From the NCBI RefSeq assembly GCF_001194135.2, contig NC_068989.1, positions 94,685,834-94,749,746 of the forward strand: a stretch of 63,913 nt of DNA, in the 5' to 3' direction. Source of the DNA: Octopus bimaculoides (taxonomy: Eukaryota). Positions 23,666 through 35,600 of the stretch are shown here, in pieces (positions within the stretch are counted from its first letter, which is position 1; every line of letters starts with the position of its first letter). The notes beneath the pieces are model-generated. The model was given only the letters and a program-made list of their open reading frames with translations. It made no database searches and was not told the DNA's origin. The position numbers were made by a program, and so were the translations under genes.

Positions 23666-26325
23666 TCCTAGACCGTGTGTGTGGTATTGATGAGCCACAA
23701 TAAAGGTGAAATATCATTATCTACTACTCGGTTTCATTTCGAGGCGAGTTGCCTTGCCTGGTCTGTGACATTCAGGTGTTCTTAAACACTTAGCGCTATT
23801 TAGGGAGATTTCCGAAGCTCTTGTTATCTCACGTCCTTATTTCTTATTGTACCCGCAACGATATAATGTTATTTTGTCCTGTCCTCGCACATATTACTCA
23901 GCTTTTCTCTGTAGCTCTCTGTCTCTCGTTCTCGTTAAATTACAGTGATCTTGGTTTTACATAGCGTGAAACCACTAAAACAGCTGCAAATGTTCTTTGT
24001 ATCGTGTTTTCGTGTTCCTTTTCTGTCCGTTATGTTTTCGCTCAGTTTTCGTCTATTCTTCCCCTGCTCTGTCTAACTTTTGAATATATATATATAATAG
24101 GTTGTTCAGTGTCCTGTTCTTACTGACGATGATAGATTGTGATTTGAGAGAGTGCTCTCTGATACTTTTAGCAGATTTTGTCGAATCACGTGGGTTGTAC
24201 CTGGCAGGTTCGAAGTAAATTTGTTTATTTTCAGATGAACCCAGATCGAACAAATGTTTGTTAAAAAGCATCCCCGCGCTGCTTATCTCATTCTATTTTG
24301 TATATTAGGATTTATATATTGTCTCATATGTACTTCATGTAAAAAGGTAGAGTTTTATTAGAGAGATGTAAGCATTTACGTTTATTTAGAGACTAGCTGG
24401 TATGTATTATGGCACTCGACATGAAGCAAAATATTGTTACCGACGATAAAATACGCATACCAGATGTCTATGAGAAAACAATTTTTGTTTCTCACACCCT
24501 CTCGCTTTGTCTTTACTTTCTGTTTCATTATTTCATGGAGATGATTGGTATACAAGAGAGTGTGAAATACATGTCATTTAAGAAGAGTTTTATAAGTAGT
24601 GATACGAACTACTGACGCTATTGCGATTTCATATATCGATATACTTACAAGAGCATCACTATAAAAAGGATGTGCATAATTATTTGACTTCACGAATTTC
24701 AAGGAATATTTCTGCAGGATTCTTTTTTATTTTTACAATTACTATTAAATATATCCCACGTAGCAGAATATCGTTTATCAATAGACATTATGTGTATTCC
24801 AGCCATATGGTGACGTAATTAAACCTGCTAATTGAAAGACTGTTCTTAACCAATCGTTCACAGAAAAAGCAATATAAAATATATTGCTCAAACATATGAG
24901 AGAATTCTTTTAACGATTACCACAATAACGTGCTTCAAAGCTACTTTGTTCAATAAAATTCATGTCCTAAAAAGAAGTTAGAAATTCGATTATACATGTC
25001 TTGACCACATGTTACCTTATTTGCAATTGTATATTTATTAATGGTGTTGTTTGTGTGTATATACAAGCTATTCTAACTTGTGCCGGAGTTAATTTTCATA
25101 AGCAGTGAAGTAATTAGGAATTTTCTCTAATGCGATATTACATATAAGAAAGAGATATAGATTTATTTGATATTTGTAACTATTTTATTATCGCACTCAT
25201 CCTTTAGTTGCGACATTTTACGTTCTGATTTCAAATCTCGTTCTGGTGAGATTTGGCCTTTCATCTTCCCGTAGTCATGAAAATAAATACCTCTCAGGTA
25301 CTGAGTTTATATAATCAAGTTTGGCCACCTTCACATTTAAGTATTGTGTCTAGGTGTGTAATCAATATTTCAATGTAGTGTCTAATGATTAACTTAACGT
25401 CGTTAGGGAACCAGGTAAACATTGCTACGATGACGATACAGGTCTTTGAAGTGAGTATTTCCACCTCGCTGGAAATAAATTTATTTTGGACACTCAGTAT
25501 TAATTGAATGTTACGTCGTTTGTAGTTTTGCGCTCAAACTTAACCCCAAAATTTAGACAGTGACATTAGGAAATGACCATAAATTGTTCACATTTTAAAT
25601 TACAATATTTAGATATCGTTTCCAGGTGTTCGTTAGATGACAGGAATTGGTTTAAGTCTAGAGAAATCAATTTATGTTAGCTGTCTTTGCTGTTTCCTCT
25701 GATATGGTCTATCATTATAATTGCTCCAAAGATGATTATTCGGTCTTCATTTCAAGCATTGCATATCAAGGACATTTGTTATAAATCTCTTAATCAAGGA
25801 GGAAACGCAGTGTCGAAGAGGATTTACAGGATCTTTGATACTGGTGCAAGAAAAGAGAAAGGTATTCTTAATCCTAAAACGGTGGGAAAGAGTTAGATGT
25901 ATGTATCAAACAGGCAAAACGGGTGATTTGTATACTTATTTTCACTTTAAATTAGTTGAAAATCTATAACAATAAAATTTACAATCTTATGAAAATGTTC
26001 CGTAAAATATCCCCTTCCATTTCATGATGGAAAATATGTAAAATTATTGCAGCATCAATTGATAACGATAGAATTTCTCTAATGAAACATGAATTGATGA
26101 TGTCCGCCGTTTAAGGATTAAAGAGGTCCGAAACGGTTCCATCAGATTTAGTTCTAACAAATTCACTTGAGGACTTGGATGTATAGTTAAGCCGAATGAC
26201 TGATTAGGTCTCACCCAAGTTAGCCATGGTGGGGTTTGATCTCAGAGCGCAAAGGACGGAGCAAACCTCACAAGATATACTGCCCGCCAGACGATTTGAT
26301 ATTTCTACGCGTCCACCGCTGTAGA

Positions 26326-26542
26326 TTTTTCTACTCTAGGCACAAGGTCCGAAATTTTTGGGGAGGGAACCGGTCGATAAGATCTACCTCAGAATGCAAC
26401 TGGTAATTAATATATCGACCCCGAAAGGATGAAAGGCAAAGTCGACCTTGGTGGAATTTGAACTCAGAACGTAAAGACAGACGAAATACTGCTAAGCCTT
26501 CCGCCCGACGTGCTTTCGTTTCTGCCAGCTCCCCCCGCCTTC
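26326..26542 (-). mobile_element. SINE family A (tail variant 2), full length with 13-bp TSD
   Basis: TSD CCACCGCTGTAGA at 26313-26325 and 26543-26555. Confidence 0.9.
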
Positions 26543-26759
26543 CCACCGCTGTAGACTGGAAAGGTGAGGAAATCATAAACAGATCTTTCGTCGCTTCTTT
26601 ATAAGTTTGTTCGATTCGTTCAGATGAGTGGGTTGTGAGAAAATAAGATATTTAGAGTGACACTGTGACACTGGTGGACTATAAATGTTACGCGAGTTTT
26701 GTTGTTAGGTTTATTAGGAAGCCTCTTTTATTTATAGAATCAGCTTCATTGTATTGCAA

Positions 26760-26930
26760 ACTTCTACAAATTATGGTTTCAAAATTTTGGATGGGAGGAG
26801 ACTAGTCGTTGACATTGACCTCCAGTACTCAACTGGTATTATTTTATTGACACGAAAGGATGAAAGGCAAAGTCGAACTCAGCAGAATTTTTACTGAGAA
26901 CGTAAAAACAGACGAAATGTCGCAAATAAC
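26760..26930 (-). mobile_element. Degenerate SINE family A
   Basis: GAAAGGATGAAAGGCAAAGTCGA..GAGAACGTAAAAACAGACGAAAT core on the plus strand (reverse orientation). Confidence 0.7.
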
Positions 26931-27184
26931 ATCGAACAATATAAAAGTATAGAGTACTGTGCTGATTATAGTTCGAGGATTAATCGTGGTGTGGGAAGGT
27001 CATGGTGGAAGTTCTAATATGGTAGATAGTACATTACAAAACTGTAATAAATGAAAGCTTACAGGTGACTTCGTTTTTGTTTAAATCACATTTAAAATAA
27101 TTGAACAACAACTTTGAATATGATTTATAATTCCATATCATAAATTATTTATCATGGCTACGTAATAGGAATATATGTATATCG

Positions 27185-27348
27185 TAAGCGCAGGAATGGC
27201 TGTGTGGTAAGTAGCTTACTACCAACCACATGGTTCCAGGTTCAGTCCCACTGCGTGGCACCTTGGGCGAGTGGTTTCTACTATAGCTTCGGGCCGACCA
27301 AAGCCTTGTGAGCGGATTTGGTATATGGAAACTGAAAGAAACCCATCG

Positions 27349-27383
<35 letters not shown>

Positions 27384-27440
27384 TTGTATGTGTGCCCCCC
27401 CTCCTACATCGCATGACAATCGATGTTGGTGTGTTTCACA
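27185..27440 (+). mobile_element. SINE family B with internal (TG)n
   Basis: GCGCAGGAATGGCTGTGTGGTAAGTAGCTTACTACCAACCACATGGTTCCAGGTTCAGTCCC head. Confidence 0.9.
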
Positions 27441-27668
27441 CACGAGCGACAACGGAGGTAACTTTGAGCCTGGATTACTCCATAGTAATATATCTGTATG
27501 TGTAAGATTTTTCTCGCTTCCGTCAATTGTGTCTGTATTGGCAACTGAAAGTTGAATGTGTGCTTTGCTTACGTTTTCTGTCTTTTTCTTGTAAATGTGT
27601 TTTTATATAATTTTACAAACAGTGGGTGGATGTGTATAGATGTTTTCGCATCGTTTATGTGTAATTTA

Positions 27669-27711
<43 letters not shown>

Positions 27712-28574
27712 GTGTGTGCGTGTGTTTGTGAGTGTGTGTGCGTGTGTGCTTGTGTGTGTGTATGTGTTTGGTACTGGTTTGTGTGACTTAGTTTTGACTT
27801 GATGAATGTCTTGGTGGTGCTGTTATGGGAAGGATGTATCTTTACGTATGTGTAAATGATTGCACTGAGTCGAGTGTGTAGGAACTGTTTTATGTGCGCG
27901 CGCATATTTTTGGGTGATATTGACAAAGTGTTCGGTGGGGGTGTTGCTTTTGCGTTATGTTCGGTTACGTACGCGTGCATGCTGTGCGAACAACTTCGCT
28001 GTGAAGACATTTATCAAAACCAACGCAGAATATCTAAATACTTCAAACCAAATAGCACCACAAGCGCAAAAGTGAACCCCCACCCCACTACCAACTAACA
28101 CACGTAAGCAGACAGGAAAAAAAACACACACGCGCACACTCCGTAACAAACAACACTACTCGTGTAAATATGTACAAACCAAACAAACAAAAACATACGC
28201 ATATGTGCTCCACTTCCACGCATTCCTACAAACAATCAGTCTCTACGAATACGTATGACGTTGGCAAACACTTTCCATGAAGACCCTGTTGCACGTCTAC
28301 ACATGATATATAAATGCACCCTCACACAATATTTAAACAACACACTCTAGTACAACAAAACAGACACACAGACAGACCCAAAGCAAATCTGCACACATAC
28401 AAACACACATCGCTAATTTACATCCACAGGCGCTGTTTCTAGATTACCTCCCTTTATACATTCATTAAAGCTAATTCGTAAAGACGTTTCATTCAGATGA
28501 CAACAGACACATACATGCACACACACGCACACATACACACGCACACACAGGAAAAATAACATCAACAGCAAATG

Positions 28575-28735
28575 ATATACTTTTTATGTTACTTGTTTTA
28601 GTCATTAGCCTGCGGCCATGCTGGAGTACTGCATTGAACGTATCGATTCCAGCACTTTTTTATGAAAGGTACTTCTATCTCTCTCTCTATTACTGAACCG
28701 TTATGTTACGAGCACATAAACAAACCAATCTACGT
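28575..28735 (-). mobile_element. SINE family B 3' fragment, degenerate
   Basis: TTACTTGTTTTAGTCATT..GCGGCCATGCTGGAG is the reverse complement of the family B tail. Confidence 0.6.
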
Positions 28736-29569
28736 CTATTCTTTAGGTGTAACAGCCAGTAAACGCTGCGGTCTATCGGCCAGAAAGTTCTCGCACCTGC
28801 GCAGGAAATGTGGCGCCAGCTTTTCTCAAAAGATTTTGCCCAAAAAGATTCTGCCCACGCGGCATTAGTTTTGTCGGCAAAGAATAAAGTCGGATTCTTT
28901 TTGAACGCATCCGTACGTACAGACGTGTGCACACACTATGGTATAGGTTGTGCATGGATGTATATATGTACGTATATAAATACATTTTTAGATATACATT
29001 TTAGCTTTGGACATCGTTCCTATCGTATATCAAAAAAATACTTTAAAATAAAAGAAACCAAAGCAGACAATATGATTAAGGTACACATGGACTTAATGAC
29101 TGCAGTGATAAGATTTTAAGCTTGTAATTATCGCTTTTACATAACAACATAACATCCTAGTGGTGAAACAATAATTTATTTTACTGTCAATAACGAAAGA
29201 AAACATATTGTTTTTTTTTAGATAAACTTGATTAAAAAGTTATAGATCTGTTGTAGTTTCATAAATAAAATAAATAGCGCGATTTTATCTTCTTAGATAA
29301 GCTAATTATGAACAAATTTAAGTGTTAAATTTTGGAATAGGAACAAACTTGAATACCTCCGCAGATTAACGAAATATACAGAACCATCGCAGCACAAAGC
29401 ACATTCATGTACATATGAAGATATTATTTCAACAACTAATGTCGTCATATTGAATGTCAGACAAAGTAATTCGATTTTCTATCATTGTTAACGTTTCTTT
29501 TTTTATTATAAATGTTAAATCATAAAGCATATATTAATAATAATAATTCGTTCAACTCCAAGCACAGGC

Positions 29570-29745
29570 TTAAACTTTTGGGGAAGTGAAGTTACATGAG
29601 TACACCAATACCAGTTTTCCACTGGTACTTTTTATTAACCCAGGAACGGAAGAAAGGTGATATTTTAAATAAGAACATAAATCAAGACGAAATGCCGACT
29701 AGCATTTTGTGCGGCGTGCTAAATATTCTGCCAACTCGCCGCTTT
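29570..29745 (-). mobile_element. Degenerate SINE family A
   Basis: Ends in CTGCCAACTCGCCGC (reverse-complemented head); CTGGTACTT core. Confidence 0.6.
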
Positions 29746-29782
29746 AATAATAATAATATTGATAATCCTTTCTATTATAGGT

Positions 29783-31598
29783 AACTGGCCCACCATTCGT
29801 CCCGAACGATTCGGCAAAATACTGCCGAAAAGCCGCACGCATCTGCTCCGGCTCATTACCGTGCACCCATTTTGGTCCACCAAAGACGAATGTTGTTTTT
29901 GTTGCCATTTTGCGCCTCAGCTACCCGGGCCCATCGGGCAGCATTGGTTTCTTCTTGTCTCACAGCACGTTTCTTAGCTCTGACAATGCATCCTTCGTGC
30001 TTGGCGTTGAAGTATTCATCGAGGGCCAACCTCGCTGTCAGCGCATCAGCTGCAATGCCGCTCCTAAGCGCTTCTTTTAGATTTCTCACTAAATCACCCT
30101 CTAATCTATTTCTTTCTACAGCTAAAACTCTGTTAAATCTGATTCTACTTTGATGACTCTTTCTAGGTTATACCACCATTTATTATTGACGATTGCCCCC
30201 GTCAAAACTTTCTGAACCAACTCTTTAATTCTGTCTCTGTAAGCTTGGCAGGCTGGGAGTGACGTGTTCAGCTTCCAGAAGCCGGGGCCCTGTCTACGTA
30301 AGCTATCGAAGTCGACCTTACAGGTCACCTATTTGTGATCTGTGTAGCCGACTATTTGAAATTGTGGACATCTAATACGATCCCTATCTAAAGACCTGCA
30401 AAATACTCTATCTAGATACGATCTGGATGTTCCGATGCGGTTTGCACATTTCCACATTGGCACGTTCGGGAAACCCAGTCGGTACCTGTCAGACAGTTGA
30501 AAGTGTCTGAGCAGGTTTGCGAGGCTTTTGTCACTCCCTTTCCTATCGTCTAGCCCCACACAATCCAATTTGTGCATCTAAGATGGCATTGAAATCAGCC
30601 ACTAACATTAAAGGTAGGAACGTACCCAGGAAGACCTCCAGACCCCTGAAGTATTCCGGCTGTCCTCACCTGTCGGTGTATAAACAGCCTCCAGTCTGAA
30701 GGCCTCATTGTTACTACCATTCACGTCCAGAACCACCAGTTTACCTTCTGGATCCAAGAAGACTAACCTTATTTTGAGATCCAGACCTTTAGAAAACAAT
30801 ACCGCAGTATTTCCACCGCCCACTCACCGCCGATACGGAGATGAATAGATCTCGTATTCATGGAAAATGAGCATGAAAGCTCGCGACACGGTTAGTCTAA
30901 ATTCTGTAACGGCGATTACATCTATTCCTCGTGACCTAAGGTCGTTGAGTAGGTGATCTTGTTTCCAAGCAGACCCCAGGCCACGTACATTTATACAACC
31001 TATTTTGAGTATGACCATTTGAATGGCTGGTAAGGAGAAAAGGGAGAGGACTACTTACTGTTAGCGCTCTGGGGTGGGAGCGGAACAGATGTCGCGCTCT
31101 TTCAGTGGGGTATGGTGGTCTCCATGACCAAAGATTTATAGAGACTCCAGAACACTTTTATGTCGAAGCCTCCAACTGCCTGTGGAGATTAGGATTTTAT
31201 GTTGCTGTATGTATGTTGTGATGTTCTAAGCATCTGTATGTGTGGTGGCGGTATATTAACCGTGGGCAAAGTCAGTCATTTTGATGTCTGTATGTTTCTT
31301 TATGTATAATAGTAAGTTTGTGTTATCTGTGTTTATGGCGGTAAGTTTTGTAGTGATTTTGTTATTTTCGTTTACTTCTTTTGTTGACCCTGTTGTGCCT
31401 TGCACTGTTGGCTGTGTGTGTAGTGTTCGTAGTGGTGGTGCTGGTGACGGTGTTTGGAAGCGTGTTGTTGTTTTCGGGTGATTTTAAATATTTGGGTGGG
31501 GGAATACAGCTTGTTTATTTCTTGGTGAACTGTTATGGCTTTTCATTTACTTGTTACTTCTGTCGACTCAGTTCTGTCGGCCTCTTCGCACGACAAAT
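29783..31598 (-). mobile_element. L1-Tx1-like LINE: ORF1 C-terminal part, APE endonuclease and linker; 3'-truncated
   Basis: ORF2 start at 31018: MVILKIGCINVRGL, VIAVTEF, ADFNAILD, SRSYLDRVF, GYTDHK, GPGFWKLNTSL (APE domain motifs); multiple frameshifts. Confidence 0.9.
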
Positions 31599-31843
31599 AA
31601 GTTTCAAAACTGTCTCCGCCGTCTCTGCGCCTTAAAAGGCAGAGAGAGAGACGACCAAAGTCTTTCCAGCACGTGCAACGCTTAGCAACAGAAGGAAAAA
31701 GAAGAAAAGAAACGCGAGAAAGAAGAGGAAAAGAGCAAAGAAATTCAGGGAATGGACGCTGGTAGCATCGCAACACCTGTGGATCTAAACCTTCCCACTA
31801 TCACCCCTAACACGGGGACATTGAACACTGAACAACAACAACA
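31599..31843 (+). mobile_element. Inverted copy of the Tx1-like 5' UTR and ORF1 start
   Basis: Reverse complement of 32048-32359; encodes MDAGSIATPVDLNLPT.. versus MDAGSVAAAVNPNLPT.. in the other arm. Confidence 0.85.
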
Positions 31844-32234
31844 ACAACAATTTGGAAAGACGTAACATATTTGTCAAGGATTAAGACACTATGGTACGTT
31901 CGTTTGTATTGTCTATAATATCTGGAGGTGTGTTTATCGGAAGGCATCTTTCGCTTTTTCTTTCTAAAATGTTTCTGTAGTCTTTAAGAGATTCTACAGA
32001 AACATTAATGAATTCATTTCTAGGCTTTGCCATTGAAGCAAACCCTCGTTGTTGTTGTTCAGTGTCCAATGTGTTAGTCGTAGTGGTGGTAGTGGGAAGG
32101 TTTGGATTCACTGCTGCTGCGACGCTACCGGCGTCCATTCGCTGAATTTCCTTGCTCTTTTCCTCTTCTTTCTCGCGTTTCTTTTCTTCTTTTTCCTTCT
32201 GTTGCTAAGCGTTGCACGTGCTGGAAAGACTTTG

Positions 32235-32317
<83 letters not shown>

Positions 32318-32560
32318 GCCTTTTAAGGCGCAGAAACGGCGGAGACAATTTTGAAACTTTTTTGGCTGTTTTCCAACAGCAGACTGAAAAAGTCAAAAAG
32401 AAAGGAAGTGCTGACACTCTTCTCCAAGGACATTTTGCAAATTTTAGAATTGAAAAATGATAACAATGAAAATTTAAATTGAAAATTCCCTCCAAAAGGG
32501 GTAAAGTCCCGTCAGCAAGGTCCCAGTCGGCCTAGCCACAGAAGTATCGTAAAACAATTT
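31844..32560 (-). mobile_element. Tx1-like 5' UTR and ORF1 N-terminus (second copy)
   Basis: ORF 31881-32138 MDAGSVAAAVNPNLPTTTT..RGFASMAKPR; UTR homologous to 31599-31750 with about 80 bp (CT)n; right boundary uncertain. Confidence 0.6.
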
Positions 32561-32999
32561 CAGATACTATCTGTAAAAATTGAACAAAAACTTACAGCTC
32601 ACGAACACACGTCCTTCTTCTTCGAAATCCACGAGCAGAGTCTGATATAATACTACTAATAATAATAATAGTAATAGAGGAGAAAACTTTAGGAATGCGA
32701 ATTATAAATATATGACATTAATATTTAAAGAGGTAAATGCAAAGACAGAGAATAGATTTTCCACAAACTTTAGAATCTAAGTATTCTTTTATTCATTAAT
32801 TTCTTTTTGGTAATGTGCAGTCAAAATCTCACCTTGCGTCTCTGCTTCTAGCCAAAGATTTTGAGTCAGTCTTTGGTTTTCACTCTTGCTTAATTCCGCT
32901 CAATCGAGTCTTGCGGACTATTGGTCATCGAATGACATTTTTCTCTTTATTAATTCTTTAGTATAGTCTGGAATACCTTTCAAATTCGTCTCTTTTTTT

Positions 33000-35600
33000 G
33001 TTGTTGTTGTTTTTATCCTTGTCAAAATATTTTTTTTTCAACAGTCTGCTTACTTTCCAGTTTGTATCTTATTGTTTACTTGTTTACATTTTTTCCGTGT
33101 TTCCTTAGTTTTTTTTTCCTTTTGTATATTCCTAATCGTAATCTTACTTTGATACAGTTTTGTATTTCAGTCAGATTCTCTGCACGTTATATTGTTTGCA
33201 GTGTATTTATATCGTTGAGTATGGCGGCTGGTTGTAGAGAGTATTCTCTATATTGTTCTGGTATGCGCAGAGACACTGGGTTTATATGGTATTGTTTACA
33301 GAATGGTCAGAGAATATGAGTATGGCATCAACTACAAACTAAACTTACATATTTTTGGGTGAAGGTGCGCGAAGTTCGCATAGATACAGGTTGATTGAAT
33401 AAAATGTGTAAGAGAGCTGATCCTTGTGGTACCATTCTCTAAACCGAATTTCCGGAAATGCTATCCTTTTGCAGTACATAGGTAAGACGGCACATCACGT
33501 AGTTTGCTAGCTAATGTTTTATACGATTTTTCATTGAGGTGATGTTGAATGAGTGAAATGGAATCGAAGGATTCCCTCATGAATGCAGACGTTGCAATGT
33601 TCAGTGGGCGAGGTATTTGTATTGAAGCATCTATTTATTTAAAACTGAATTTTGTGAGTAGAATATGGTTTGAGTTCAGCATTCAGCAGACCGAATCCAT
33701 TTTGTGTTGTAGTGAAGAGAATGTGTGGGTCTGATGTAAAAAAAAAAGGTATCCTTCATTAAGACTTGTTATAGGTTTCACATATGAGGATAGGCAGAAT
33801 TGGCCTGGTATAATTTCATCTCGGGTTCTTTTGAGCTTTAGAATAGTTATGAATTAAGCCTGTCGATACGAGTAGATGTATATTGCTGACAGCAGTGATG
33901 CATTTAGGTCCTGTTTCTTTTAGGTGTGTTTGCGATGTTTTCAGGCTCTGAGTTTCTAGATATCTTTATTGTTTTGTGTGTGTACTGGAGTTAAAACGCG
34001 GCATGTGCTGATCCTTCCCTTTGTGTTCCTGTTTTCTCTGAACGGACTTTGGGGGATGTTTTTTTTCTTTCTGTAAATCCCCGATAAGGGCGTTTGTTTG
34101 TTTGTTTGTTTGTTTGTTGTCGGTGTTGTTGCTAAAGTTGACAATGATGGTGTCGATGACGATGGTCTTGATAATTATAATACTATACAGTGTTTCACTA
34201 TTAGTTTTGCGGCTTCTTCTTTCTGTGCGAACGGATTTGTCAGTTATCAGTAGGGGGTGGGGGTCTGACTCATGTTTATTTTGTTAGTTGTTAGATACTA
34301 AATTGTATTTGGGTTGCGTCTGATTTTGGTGTATTTTGTTTGTGAATGTAAAATATTTTATTTCGATAAAGGCGCTTCTTTTTAATACTGCTAGTATTCT
34401 ACGTTTACGCTTTCTCTTCCATATTACTTATGTCTGCTTCTCTCCTTCATTTCTGTATGTTGTATTTGTTTCATGAACTACTAATTCTTTTATAAGGTTA
34501 TTTGCTTCATAATTATTTCATGGGGATTCTTGAGATCTTGAGAAGTGGTTGAGCTCTTAATTCCTAATTCCAATCACCACGTCTAATTTAATGGTCATAT
34601 TGTTAGTTATTTTGTTTTTTCTTTACAGCAGTTTTGTCACATCATTTGTCAATTTCCATATTCAATTGTTATGTGCTTTTAATTTATAAACGATTTTTTA
34701 GTAAGTTTCCTTTAGGGGTGTTGACCACTATGAATATATCTAAGTCATCTATATAAGGAGATGAGTTGCAGTTTGCCTGTCACATCTATACACAATACGG
34801 AGAATGTTTAGATATGTTAATAGTGCTAGATTGAAGAAAGTAGGAAAAATGTGTCTCCCTGATAGATTCAATATGTGACTGGGTATGATATATTATTTTT
34901 CTATTTGAAGACGATGGTTTAATGTTTTCTATAAGTATTGGGTATGTTGTGCTCGGGTGAAATATCTACATCAAAGAGTTCGGTAATCAAAACTAGCTAT
35001 GCAAACGTCTGTTTGATTCTTTTTGCTATTATCTATAATATCTTGATGCACCAGTATCTACTCTTTATCACCATATTTCTTTCTCGCGAAGCTTTCTTCA
35101 CATCTGCTAATGCTATTGTTCCCCAATGTGCTGTCAGTCCTTTGTTACATAAAGGTTTTGTATGTTACTGGAAAGAAAGTTATATCGTAGTAGTTTTAGT
35201 GGTTTCTGGTTTGTATATTTTGTGAGGCGGAATGCTGCTTCCCATTCAATCAGCTCTTTAGAATTGATTTTGGTCTACTCACCGGTCCATTTGTTGTAAT
35301 CAGGCGTTTAAACCAGAAATTGGGGACCTTTTCATTCTCAGAGGTTTTCTTGTTGCTAGCAATTATTAATGTTGACAGGTTCCTTCCTGGTTGTAGCGAA
35401 AAAGCCTTGTGCTTCTACTATCATTATTTTTCCGCTTCGATTGTAATCCATAATGCATTATTTTAATGGTTTCCTTTTCACATTCCTCCTCGCAAATTTC
35501 CACTCCTGTTGCTGTGCCATGAAGTGATATGTTCTATTCTTTAATGTCTCTGAGACCTCTATATTTCATGCAGATTACTTATTCTGGGCGAAATGCTCAT
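33000..35600 (-). mobile_element. Heavily decayed LINE (Jockey/I-group-like RT)
   Basis: Minus strand near 33400-33435 reads VPQGSAL..LFN; remnants of NYRPI-L-S (about 33800), Q-NGF (about 33700) and SFDSI (about 33560); extent beyond the RT is uncertain. Confidence 0.6.
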
